A stretch of 64,000 nucleotides of DNA from Yuukianura sp. NJ FZ-2021 (taxonomy: Eukaryota). The stretch covers positions 9,114,001 through 9,178,000 of the forward strand of contig CM102283.1 of the NCBI GenBank assembly GCA_046563655.1, written 5' to 3'. The position numbers and the translations under genes are program-made. Positions 1 through 12,599 of the stretch are shown one piece after another. Each line of letters opens with the position of its first letter. The first letter of the stretch is position 1. The notes beneath the pieces were generated by a model. That model was not told the origin of the DNA and did not search any database. It worked only from the letters and a program-made list of their open reading frames with translations.

Positions 1-64
1 AAACAAACATAAATGGCGTTGAGGTTAACCCAAGCAAAAAAAAAAAAAGCAAAATGCATCACTT

Positions 65-127
65 TCATACTAATGAAATCAGCGTCCGTCCGACACTCTC
101 ATACTAATGAAATCAGCGTCCGTCCGA
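65..127. repeat. Short direct duplication (29 bp, period 34)
   Basis: TCATACTAATGAAATCAGCGTCCGTCCGA at 65-93 and 99-127. Confidence 0.9.
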
Positions 128-763
128 ACAGTCCCCCGTAACTGTCACCCAGTCGTATATAAAAGTTATTTACACTGCACTTCATTAAGTAAAAACAATT
201 ACAATTTACAAATGTTGTTTACGTAATTACAACATAATACAAATATGCTATTACTCCTAAAATTTTTACAAATTTACAAAAATCTAACCAGTTCAGACCC
301 CTATTTCTCAACTTTCGATCACATCATGGCACTTTCCTTCGCTGAAACTAAAATCAGTGCTGAACGTTCAAAAAACACTGCAAATCGCTGAAAATCGCTC
401 CAGTTTATGAAACCCCTTAAAAATTTCTTTCCTTAAAAAAAGTCGTTTTAGAAGATGAAAGGCAAAGCGGCTCAAGACTGCCAGTAATTTTCCCACTCAC
501 TTTCTTCAGTTTCTGCAAAAGTCATGCGTAGAAATAAAAGTGTTTAGTGCATGCATTTACGTTAAAAGTCAAAAAGTAGTGTAAAATTCTTACAACTAAT
601 ATACAAAGACTATATAAAGTTTCAAACCAAAAAATCATTTCCTCAAGCATGGCAGTGGTGAGATGTGCAGCAAAAAGTCAAATAATTACAAACGCTGCTG
701 CTGCTGCTCACTGTTCTGTTTTTTGTTGCGCATGCGTAAGGTTTCCAACGTTCGCTTATAATT

Positions 764-867
764 TTAAATCTTACCGCTCTCGAAGGTTTGATTCCAAGAA
801 TATTTATCACTTCCATTGATTTTTCTTATGGACAATGGATCTGCGTAAGGGTTCGAATGAATTGAAG
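764..867 (-). CDS. exp: Expansion/Rebuf-family gene, probable last coding exon (ASIHSNPYADPLSIRKINGSDKYSWNQTFESGKI*)
   Basis: Strong acceptor ttttttttgcag, phase 1 compatible, stop TAA at 764-766. Predicted protein is 544 aa (upstream ATG) or 516 aa (ATG at 27556). Confidence 0.65.
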
Positions 868-1224
868 CTGCAAAAAAAAACACAACAAATTTTTTCTAAA
901 ACTGAAAAATCTAATGAAAAGCCAATTTCCTGATTAAATTGACCGGGCGTCAGAAATTTTAAACGAGACATGCAACATCCTTTGACTCTTTGAAAAAAAA
1001 ACGAATTTGAAAACGAATTTGAGGTGTTTGACACCTCATCTCGTTGGTAAAAATGAAACACCTTAGAAATTGATACGATTTGAACTACAAATTGGTTCAG
1101 ATCGCGTGTAAAGAATCGTTTCCGCAAAAATTTCAAATCGTAACAACTTTTTCCCAGTAATTGGCACTTTTGTGTGAAACGGGCCTTATGCATGGGTTAC
1201 ATGAGTAAAAGTATTGTAATTTAC

Positions 1225-1566
1225 CCATTCCAGAATCGACGGACTTGGCATGCCACATCATGGGATGACCAGGTAATGGTCCACTTCCGGCCAAGAATCT
1301 GGGCGGAAGCTGAGCATGGAGTTGGATGTTGTTGTTGTTCTGAGTCAAAAGATGCCCCGTACCATTGGACAAGGTAGCGACGTGACCATTTCCGTTGACG
1401 CCTGGAGTTGCTACGACTACGAGTGCAGTTGGAGGTGTTGGCTGCATGTGGACTTGCTGCTTGGCTTGAAGAATTGCTGGAGACTGTTTAGGCTTGTTTC
1501 TAGACGGAAGAGCTTTCTGCACAAACGCTGGAATACGAGCACGCAGGCCGCAGTAGTAGGGGTCAT
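1225..1566 (-). CDS. exp: Expansion/Rebuf-family gene, exon DDPYYCGLRARIP...WHAKSVDSGM
   Basis: 342 nt, phase 1-1, tttag acceptor and G|gtaaat donor; carries the DDPYYCGLRAR block I recognise in this family. Confidence 0.88.
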
Positions 1567-1664
1567 CTAAACAAAAAGGAATCAAAAATCGCATAAAATC
1601 TACCCAAAACAGTTAGATTTTTTTGCAAACGTTTCAAAATTTCGCAAAGTTTTCAAAATGTTAC

Positions 1665-1773
1665 CGTATTTTCTGTCTTTTCCTTGAGGCTTGTCTTTAG
1701 CACTTGTTCGGGACGAGTTTAAAAATGGTTTCAGCATTGGCTCTACTTCTTCTATCGTATCGTCATAGTCGGG
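1665..1773 (-). CDS. exp: Expansion/Rebuf-family gene, exon PDYDDTIEEVEP...KDRKY
   Basis: 109 nt, phase 0-1, follows a 72-nt GT-AG intron; donor G|gtaaca. Confidence 0.85.
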
Positions 1774-1845
1774 CTGAAACAAAAACAAAGTTGTACTTTT
1801 GTGTAAAACCAAAATTTTTCAAAATTTTGAGCAAGTTGTTCTAAC

Positions 1846-2346
1846 TTTTGGTATATTCAAATCTCTCGGTGGAAGTTTCGGTGGCTTGTCGCTTCCAGCT
1901 CTGGAAGTTTTGATTCCACCGACCATCGTGTACGGATCCTCGTCTTCCCTCGGCAGTGGAATCTTCGGGCGATGTCGAATGTCTTGTCCATTCGGTATGC
2001 TATTGTTGTTGACATTTGCAGGAGTGGATCCGTTCGTTCCATTTCCAGATCCAGTCGTTCCATTCGTAACTGGAATTGGAGCTGGAAGGAGCACTCCATT
2101 GACAATGTTCACAGTGCCCTCACTGCCAGTACGCTGGATGCTCTTCATTGGTGGAATTCTTGCTTTGAGCATATCCATGGCCACCAGATTAATAATCATC
2201 ATCCAACAGGGACAACTCAGCAGCTCTGTCTCTTGTTTCACAAAAGACACGGCCGTGATGCACTCAATTTCCAACTTCCGACGATCTGGATATGCCCGAC
2301 GAAGTTCTCGACTCACATTTGACGCAAATTTCTTCATGTCAAACAA
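1846..2346 (-). CDS. exp: Expansion/Rebuf-family gene, exon completing the MH2-like domain (LFDMKKF...AVSFVK...PCWMMIINLVAMDMLK) plus N/G/P-rich linker
   Basis: 501 nt, phase 0-0, tttcag acceptor and AAA|gttaga donor. The SFVK and PCW motifs echo the Smad MH2 C-terminus. Confidence 0.92.
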
Positions 2347-5300
2347 CTGAAAATGACAAACGAAAAACAAGAGTTAGTAAAATCCAGAAAATTTCATCAC
2401 ACCACAGTAGTTCTAGATTGGGTTTGATCACTTTAAAAATAAACCTAGCCTATTTACGTTAGTTAATCAAACTCAATTAAATGATGCCGGGAGTCATCTC
2501 GATTTCAAATTGGCAAAGCGTCTTTTGATAATAGAAAGACGGAAGCCTTTTACTTTTACTTTTCAAAGTCATTCATTGCCCAAGTGACAGTGATTGATGA
2601 AAGTCAGTTAGCAGTAGTTAACAATAAGTTAAGGAGACTGTTGACAATTGACTACGAAAAAGTCTGTTCAACGAAAATTTTAAAAATCTAATATCTCCAT
2701 CAATTGATTGAAAAAGTCTCTTTCAAAAAAAATTTACCGACCAACACAACTTTCTAAGAAAAAATTAGTAAAAATGAAACGCTCTACCCTAACTAAATTT
2801 TTTTTTCAAAATGTATTTTTTTCATAAAATTTTGTTAATTGTTTAAATCCATAACATTTGTAAACTGAGAATCCTAAGTGAAATGGCTGTCATATTCATT
2901 TACGCACTGTGTGATGTTCCCCTTCAGCTATTTATGAAGTTCTTTAATGAAAAGTTTCACACCACACTTTGAGTTAATTGGTCATTATGAAGTGTAGTTT
3001 AAAAGTTTTGTGAGTAGTTGGGCACTATTGAATTAAATAAGGTCCAACATAACATAACATCTTTTGAGTAGGTTGAATTCTCAATGCTGCACTACTTGTT
3101 TGACAGTTACGAGAGGATTTCAACATCTTTTAATAGCAGCATCTCATCAAGTGGATGGTTACATCAGTTAACCTGATTCCTACGAGTAAAAGTGACTCAA
3201 TGCAATCTAATGGGAACCTATTATATAATATATACACTTATATAATAGTTATAACCTATAAAATATATGGTATGCAATAATTTGTAGCCTATTATATCAG
3301 ATACCAAGGACGATCAAACTTTAGTCAAAAGTCGTGGGAAACTGGAAATCCGCCACTTTTTAGTAAAAACATTTTCAAATTCACGCCATCTCTAAACTTT
3401 TACTGGAAAAAAAATTAATTTGAATTTGAAATCCTTGAAGGCATTTCAAAATTTCATGAAATTAAAGCGTAAGAAGCCAATTCCTTGTAACTTTTTAACA
3501 TGAGGTTTTAAACCAGAACCAATCACGGCATGAAATCCAATGTCAATGCCAGGAAGCTGACAGAAACTACAAAAAAGTGATGATGGAGTACATGGACAAA
3601 AGCGGATGCGCTCCTGTGCAAAAATTTTCAAACTTTTAAAACCTTGCAAAATCTCTCCTAGGAACTTTATAATCAATCTTCCATCTTTCATAAAAAGAGG
3701 AAGAATTTAGAGTTTTAGCAAAAGACAAATAAGACGGTAGTAATTACAGGATTTTCTCTTCCGCAAACATTTTACTCAAAAGTTGCCTTGAAAAAGAAGG
3801 TTTTTCATTAAAATTCACCAAATTCACAAAAGAGACCAGAAAATTGAAACTGGAATTAAAATTAAGATTTGTTTTCAAAGTCTTCGTTTTGTGTATGAAA
3901 TTGCGTGAAACGGATGAACTCCATTACACCTCAACTACCTCTTCGTGTTTCATGTCAAATCAAATGGAAATGTTTTTCCAAGATGCAAAAATTGTTCCGA
4001 ACTGAACCTAAAAGTACCCGCTGTTATTCCCAGAACTTGTCTTCAAAAAAAAATTCCTGGGAAAAGAGGCTGAATCACTTTTCCAGAGTCAATGTACGCA
4101 AAACGCAATAGACAAAAACAATTTGCAAAAAATGAAAAAAAAACTTGACAATAGAAAGAGTTTCAAAATGGAAACGCTTAGACATATTCACATATTAAAC
4201 TTGCAAACAATAAAATTTGCTTTTCAATTCAAAAATCTTCCGCGTTCCAAAATCCAAACAAAACAAAATTCAAAACTGCATAAAAAGTGCTGGAACTATT
4301 ACAATTTTAAATTGAAGGCTAAATGGACATGATGCGGATTAAAGAGTCATGAAAGCATGTCAGTTAATCCAGGAAGACGTTCCAAATTGTTCGCCACGCT
4401 CACACGTCACTTTTTAGCCATTGTTCAAAAAATAATTGAAACTTCAATTCCATTAACTTCCATCAAAAGAACTATTTAGATCTCACAGATTTCAAATCAA
4501 TTGCACAAAAACATTCAACAATTTAAAAATTTCCGCCAAATCTCGTTCCAGCACTGATGAACAACCTCTAAACATTGCAAGTTGTTTTAGAAAGCGATGA
4601 CCGGTGAACAATTTTTCAACATAACTTGTTGTAGGTACCTCAAAATACGTTGTTTTAGGTATCAGATACCGCTGAGAAGCTACCTAAAATACAGCACAAG
4701 TTTAAGATCAATGTCCGGAAAATTGTCACTAGAAACACATGTTTAGAGGTCATTTTGAATTGTTTGAACTTTTTTTGAACTTGCAAATTTTTGAACTTGC
4801 AAGATCGGTGCCCTTTTAAAAATTCTTTTGTGAAAATTTTAAAAATTCATCAGAACAAGAACTATTTTGCACAGCCTTAAACATTTTATCCGCTTCTTTT
4901 TTTTTCTAAATTGAACCTGAAAATCGATCAATCAAAAATCTATTTGCACAAGGATTTTGTGTGAGCAAGGAATTTCTTCCGTCATAAAAATTTGAAGTGG
5001 AGGATGTGGGAAATAGAGAGACTGTACGATTTAATCCTATGATTAAGACAAGTTTAATTGAATCCTCCATTCCTTACGTCAAGGTCACACGCAAAACAAT
5101 TAAACATATTACATTACATGTAACATGGTAGGATTCCTACACATAAAAAACGCAAAGTGTTACATTCCTAACTGGAAGCACCATAAACTTGATCCTTGTC
5201 TGTACAGGATGTGTCGAAATTATTGTACTACTGGTTTACGGAGAACTCAAAAATCATATCATGGGTGTGGTCAACGTTTAGCCATTCTGGGACATTTTGA

Positions 5301-6272
5301 AATTAATAAAAAAAAGTTAGGAAATATGACAGAGGGAACAAAAGAAGCACGACAGACACACTTCCTTACTTCCAAAAAACGAAAAAGTCATAAATCAAAT
5401 TCTGAAATGAACCAATTATGACAAAGTGACAACAATTAAGACACAATACAAGTCAACTTTGACAACAATACGTTAGTAAAAAAAAACTATGCCACTAATA
5501 AAAAGTTCAATGTTGGAATCAATGCCACGCAGTTCGAAAGGAGGTTAAACGTTGACGAATGTTCAAAAATTTAAAAAAAATCGCCCGAGAATGTCAGGAA
5601 ACCAAAATCGCTTCACAATTCTAAATTACAACCAAAATGACGAATTTTCATAAAAATTGGTTCTTTTTCTCGGTTTCTCAATTCCAGCCCGACTTGAGAT
5701 ATTTTTTTGATGTCCAACATTTTAATATTTCTGGATCCGATTTAAGCACGCGTGAGAGCAAAAGCATTTCTTTAAAACGTACTTTTGATTTCATGTTTAA
5801 ATGACACTTGATGCACTTTAACTTTTGTTCGTTTGAAGAGGAAGTTAAACAAAACACTTTGAATCAAGTGCACCACTCAGATTTTCACACCTCAACAACC
5901 AATCAAACAAAGTTCAACACCTTTGACACAGTTTTAACCATAGTTCATGAACTTCTTAAACTTCAACAATAGAAAACGGTTTTGCATTTTACAAAAGTTC
6001 AAAATTACAAACTAAATTGAATTTCAGCAATGACAAAGCCAAGTTTTTTTTATGTTTTGCTCTGGTTTCCTGTTTCTCAAGCCCTTACACGAAATTTCAA
6101 CTAAGGAAAGGGAAATTTGTAATTATTGTTGAGGATGCCATAAATCTTAATGGCTCAACACTGTCTCATGTTCAACTGACTTTATGACCTGCATTGTTGT
6201 GGTTTGTTATAAAACTATAACTATAAAATTTGAAATTTTATAAATTTCAAAATTTTCAAAAAAAGTTCTTAC

Positions 6273-6659
6273 CTTGAGTGGTTTGTCCAATTCTAAAGCT
6301 CCATTGAACAGTTTCGTGACATCATTGGAAATGGCATTTTCCTCGGCCGTTGCCCTCACAAAAACGGAGTTTTTTGAAACTCTTTTGATCAAAATGTTTC
6401 CACTGTCGTCCATTTTGATTTTGATTCCATGTCCAATGTGTCTCAAAATATCTTCAGTTTTGCTATCTCTCATTGGATTTTCAAATCCATTGAGTCCAAT
6501 CCGAAATCCATCAAATCCATCATCAGATCCATTCACTGTTAAAACTGGAGCACGCGCATAAGCTTTAGCTACACGCCGATTTCTTTCGAAAACTATAACT
6601 TTTGCCCAGATTTCATCATCAATCTGCTCCCATTTGTCCAGAACTTCTTGAATGTGATC
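6273..6659 (-). CDS. exp: Expansion/Rebuf-family gene, Smad MH2-like domain exon (DHIQEVLDKWEQIDDEIWAKVIVFERNRRVAKAYARAPVLTVNGS...KPLK)
   Basis: 387 nt (129 codons) between tttcag and AAG|gtaaga; sequence is characteristic of the Expansion N-alpha-MH2 domain. Confidence 0.93.
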
Positions 6660-9600
6660 CTGAAATAAAAAAAAATAAACAGTGAATTTCGAAATTTCAA
6701 AACATGAAAAATCCTTTTCGCTCAATTTCATAAATTTTTGTGCTTTGCGTAATTGAAATACGTTGTGACTCGTGCGGCAGAATTTTTTAGTGTCATTGAA
6801 TCATTTCAAGGCAAAAAGAAATGATTAAGTTCTTAAAAAATTAATTCATAATCGCCTACACAGGAACATTTTGGTGAAAAGTCACAATGACTTTCAGTAA
6901 TTTTTCAACAAAATCTCTTAATTTGCCTATATTTGGTTCTTATTGTTATTTTTTAGGCGTAACTTATTTTACAAAATGGTGTCATTTTTAAAATTAAGTG
7001 AATCTTTTGCTAGTGAGGGTGGAGGTTGATTGGAATGACTAGATTACAAACTTTTTTTTTCAGACTTTTGGTGCTTTTGGGCAAGGAAGATTAACTTTGA
7101 ATAGAAAATAGCATTTAAGCCAAGGCGAAAAGGAAGAATTAAATGTGCAATTGAATTTCATGGAGGCGGAGTATGTGAGCTGGTAATTCAAATTGTCCTA
7201 TTCATGGAATTATGCAATGCCAACAATCCTTTGATTGTCAATTGTGACATAGGACGATGTCCCCCTGTCATCAATCTCGGTCACATCGGGACATGAGAAC
7301 TGTCACGAGGACACACATTAGATTCAAAACTCAAAATTTTTCAAAATTCGGTTCAAATTCTACTGAAGTTAACGAATTTTGAGAAATTTTGGCGTAAACT
7401 CTAATAAATCAAAAATGTAAACTTTTTTGTAGCCCAAAAAGTTACAAGTCCTATTTTTTTGGCGAAGGTGATACTCTGGAGCTCATTTTTAAAATTTAAA
7501 ATTTTCTGAGTTTATGATGGAAGATTTGTTGAAGTAAATTTTATTGCTACCAGAAATCAAATGTTTCAACACTCCCGCTAATTTCGACCTGCAAGTTGCT
7601 TCCGTTAAGCCTTATAAAGTCTATAGAAACACAATAGAAAGTCACAATTAAAGTTGAGCGAGATAATAACATCAGATTCAACTCCAATTTCTTTTGTAAT
7701 GATTTCTACTCTACTTATTTTCCGAGACGGCCAAGTTACGCTACGTTCCCAAAAAATCCACTGTACTAGTTCTCAGCACAAATCGCAATTCACCCTCTCA
7801 GTCATCTACAGGCTTAAAATTTTATGCATTCTGATGCATTCATGTCAAAAACGTCAAAAAAAACATTCTCAAAAAAGCATTTTCAAAAAACGAACATTTT
7901 TTGAACACACGGATGTACAACATTCAAACTTTTTTCTTTAGTATAGTCTCCGAGCAATGAGCAAATGCATTTGCAAAATTGCGAAATTCATCGCATTTGT
8001 GTTTTTTTTTGTTTTGGAGCGAAATTTTTGATTTCTCGTTAAAAGTGTCCGCTGTCATTAAAATTCCTGCACTTTATTGTTCATTTTAAATAAAAATTTA
8101 CATGGTTTCGTTAAATCTTGAAATCGTCGTTGTAATTTAGGTCCTTGGACAACAAAAATCTCAAAATGTAAATGATTTGCGCAAGTGCAGAAAAGGAATG
8201 TAGGCGTCCATTACATCTTTAGAATTGTAAAAGATGATGTGAGTCTATCATCTTTACCAACAGGAGAGAGAATGATGTTTTAAAGCAATTAAAGTTTAAG
8301 CAAAAGTGAAATTCCAATTTAATTATAAAGTACGGATCATGATTAAGATTTGTAATTATTTGTTACTGGTGCCTACTGTTTTTGTAATTGGCAAATGCAA
8401 AAAACTGTTCTGCACATGTGCAACCGCAGTCACTAGGAATACGGTGCTGCCAAATTTCCAACTCAGCATTTGCACTCTACGACTTTTATCTTTTCCTAAT
8501 TTTCTCCCCGTTGTTGATTATCCAACTTTGGATTCGCTTTCCTGCGTCTCCCGCTCACTCAACCTTTGCAAATTCCATTGATAAATGTGCACAACTGTGC
8601 AGGAGTTAAATTGAAAGAGAAAAGACCGCCGAACAAAAAATTAAATAGCGTTCAATAGTCCATAGTTGCCAAAATACAAGTAACAATTAGCAACACTAAA
8701 CCTCAAACGTCATCTTTGCAACTTGCAAAATTTTGCCAAAAAATTCGCAACTTGTTGGTTTAAACATAAAAATTTAGTTTCAGCAAATTTGTAATTGCAA
8801 CTCAGCTGGTTAGCTTCAAAGCAAATTATGTATTCAACGCAAATGCACTTTTGAGGGACACAAAAGTTTTAAGAGCAAGCAGCGCTAAACTTCAAAAAAT
8901 GTTGGAAACTACCGCAAATTGGACATAAAAAATCACGCATGCGTTGAAATCCAAATTCGTCTCATTAACCAAAAACGTATTTGCAAATAAACAGAAGCCT
9001 CATTGTCGTAAATTCACAAATTTCAAACCCGTTTGCTCGTTTTTACAAAAAAGGAGAGAAAAATAGCCCAAAGCTCAAATTGCAAAAAGTGACAACACTG
9101 TCTATAAAAAAAATTCCCCAAATTTAATTAGCGGAAAATTCTTTCAGTACACCGCCGATGCTGTGAAATACTCCAATTTTTTAAAATGTAAAAACCGCCC
9201 TTTGTCAAAAATTACCAAAAATTTGTCAATTTTGGGGGTAAATTTTAAATTGGCGAGGTTAAGAGTGTCATAATACAGAAAATTGAGTCTGTTATTATTG
9301 ACGGCAGTCTGACCCAATTTTACTCCAATTTGTAACTTACCCAAAACACACCAAATTATTTCATGAAAACGCTTAAAAGTTGGGCCAATTTCTGACCTAG
9401 GCAATAACTTAGAGCAATTTAGTGTCGTTACATGAGTTTGTGTTTGTAAGTGTCAAAGGTTATGGCGGAAGAGGTTGTGCAGTTGTCAAATTGTCATTAA
9501 CTGAGAACTCGTTAAGGAAAATTACAACGTGGTTGCACGCATGCGTGTCATTGGACGTGTCACATGGCTTGGACTCACGCCGTGAAATAACATGGAGGAG

Positions 9601-12514
9601 AGAAAGTTAATTTGTCATTTGTCTTTAGTATTTCCGATTTGAAACAAAACAAATAAATGGACTCCAAACGACAAAATCGTTAACTACAAAACCAATTCCA
9701 CGTTTCACGATTGAGTCATTCCAAAATCACGTTGTTTTCCAATCAGTTTTTGACAAAAAACCTAAGAATGCTTAAATTTCAGTGCGAAAATTCAAATTGT
9801 TGCATATGACTTAAATCACCTAACAAAGAACTTATTCATCAAAAAAACGTAAAAATGAGAGCACAGCGAATCTGACGCAATCTGTCCGCCCAGTATTCGC
9901 ACGATCTGTCAGGATTGCGGAGTTAATAGCTTCTGCATAGCATATTTGCAAAAATAGAACAATGGAACGCAGGCGTAGAGCTCACTGTCTAGCACATTAA
10001 ACAATTTCAACCTCACTTCCAATTGAACATGCTCCTGCTGCGTCCAAATTTTTGCAATCAGCAGAAATTTTTTGACAAAAATATTGCCTTCAATGCTCAG
10101 AATAGAGCAACACGGATAAGCATAAAATTAAAAAAAAATTTTTAAAGCCTACCTGGTGAGAATTTTTGATTTGAAGTTTAGCCAAAAACTTTCACTTTGG
10201 TTGAATTTAATTTCCTAAGCTAGCAAATTCACCCGCCCAAAGGAAATTTAGAATGAACAATAGAAATGAATATATTTGCGAATAAAGAGAATTTAAAGTC
10301 ATTTGGCTTCCAAATGCACATGTGCATTCATTTTAATCTTGTCTTAATTGCACCGAATCCAAATGTCAAGTTAGCTCAAGACACCTACTGCCAGCAAAAC
10401 AAAGAAAAAAGCGTCAAATTGTCAATCAATTCTCCAAATTTGTACTTTTTACTACAACCGCGATGACGTTTAATACACACAGAAAAGGATTTCGTAAACT
10501 TTGCTCATCGAATATTTCGTTCGTACGACACCCAAAAATCATCACAACATGAAAGAAGTAGTTTATATAATTTTTACTATGCGGACAGAATTCTGTCAAA
10601 TCTTAAGATTTGACACATTTCATGCATTTCTTGCCTCATCATCCCATTTTGCCTCACTTTTTAATTTAATTCTTACTTTAAAGAAATTTTAAAGAGTGTT
10701 CTACACTAAGACAGCAGAGGACGAATTTTCCATTTTTCAACAGTCACTCCCTTCAATATTAAATTTTGAAAAGAGTGCAAAAATTATGCAATTTTAAATC
10801 AATTGACGCTACCGTCAATAAAACCTCCCTCTCCCACAGCCCCAGTTTCATTTTAGTCAGTTCCCAATTTGGAAAAAAAATTGACACATTGAGCAAAAAA
10901 AAAAATTGGCAAACTAATTTTGCGAATTCATGCCGCATACGCCTTGCCACTGGCACTTTCACACATTCAGATAGTAAAGGTGTGGTTCGCAAATTCCCAA
11001 ATTGCATTTCTGGTTTTGAAAAAAAAAAAGCAAACGTTTACCTCTAACTGTTCCTCTGATGAATGAAAATCACCGGAAAACTTGATTTCTGCAAAATTTT
11101 AGTAATTTTGAATTCAAAATTTAAAAACGGCGCCAATTCCACTTTGACCTTGAAAGTTATTGTGCTTGATGACTCATTCGTGAGAGTATGATTATGGAAC
11201 ACTTTTGTTTAAATTAAAATCCAATTTCCCCGCCATTGTTTCAGGTGATTCAAATGTTAGATTACTGTAAGAAAATGAAGGTGTTTGGCCTTCCTCCTTC
11301 CCACATTTGACACTTTTCTTTTGAGTAACCAAGGTTGAGCCTTCCTAATAAATTGGACATTGATTATCGTTTCTAGAGCACTTGGACTTCTGCGCATGTG
11401 CTAAAGATTGGGTCTCCTAATCAACAGAATCATCATTAGACGCATAAGGCCAAACACTTTTTAAATTGGAGCCAGGAGGAAAAAGAATCTACACTTTACA
11501 AAAAAAAATTAGCAAAAAAGTCATGCATCACCCTCCTTTGATTTCCAAAATCTAATGGACTTTTAAATTTTGATCTTGAGTAAACATGGAATTCTAGCCT
11601 AAATCAAGGCTACCAAAACCAAAATTTCAATGCAAATCGAATCAGACTTTTCGAAAAACCTTCAAATCTTACACATGCATGAATTTGACGCTCAAAATTG
11701 TGCATTTTTTGGCAAGGAATTTCTGCTAACTTGTATGTTTCTTTTGTTGATTGTGTGATTTTTTTGTGAATAATTTGTATAAATAATTTATATGATACTC
11801 TCACCACAACACATTCGATTAGCATTGGAAAACTTTCAAATTTACCAAAAATTACAAACTTTCAAAAAGTTATTAATTCCTCCCTCATCAAGTAGAAATT
11901 TGATGAGCAATAATTTTTTTTTTGCATTTTCTCCTTCATTTTAAATTTAACTTATCTTAAACGCAAACATGTGCCAAATTTTCGACAAAAATTTCATAAC
12001 AAACAAAATTGAGCAAGATGCAAGAGCTATAAAAAATTTGCCCAAATTCTTGGTATGTTTCCAAAATCCAAATTTTTAAGTTGCAAATTAAATGCAAAAC
12101 GTAACAAATTTGAGACTCTGGTACCTAAAATGATAGGTTAGATTCTAGCTCCAGGCGAAACTAATTGAAGATGATCTGTATCTTCTGAATTTCAATTTTT
12201 TGGAGTTCAGACTCAAAAATTGCCAAGGTCTCCGCGAAACTTAAACTTTTTGACCTTTGCTATGACTTTAGCAGAAATGCAGGTTTTTTACGTAATGTGC
12301 TACAATTGTCACAAAACGAAACCAAATTTGCAAAATGTACAAGATGTGCCATCAATCAAAAACGTTCTTCGTGACTACTAAACCACCGCAGCACAACATT
12401 TCGCACAACATCATCCGCGTCTGCCCAATTCTGCATGCCATTAACCCCATAACTGCAACATAAACAACAATTACAACTCCCTTGTCTTCAAAATGAAGAA
12501 ACCAAAAGCAGTTA

Positions 12515-12599
12515 CCGTAAATCTTCCAATAATATCCCTTCCGCCACAAGTAGACGAAACCATAAGTGCCCCGGGAAGGCATTATTCGGAGATTTACGG
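12515..12599. mobile_element. Tiny TA-flanked MITE with CCGTA termini, 85 bp
   Basis: ta|CCGTAAATCTTCCAATAAT ... ATTATTCGGAGATTTACGG|ta; 17 of 19 bases match as an inverted repeat. Confidence 0.72.

Noticed and set aside
1799-2350. 183-aa plus-strand ORF
   Set aside because: Antisense shadow of the expansion exon 1846-2346; no independent splice or motif support.
11042-11088. Possible 47-nt micro-exon on the minus strand (ttttgcag ... GAG|gtaaac)
   Set aside because: Length is not a multiple of three, so it would frameshift the MH2-like domain; no other support.
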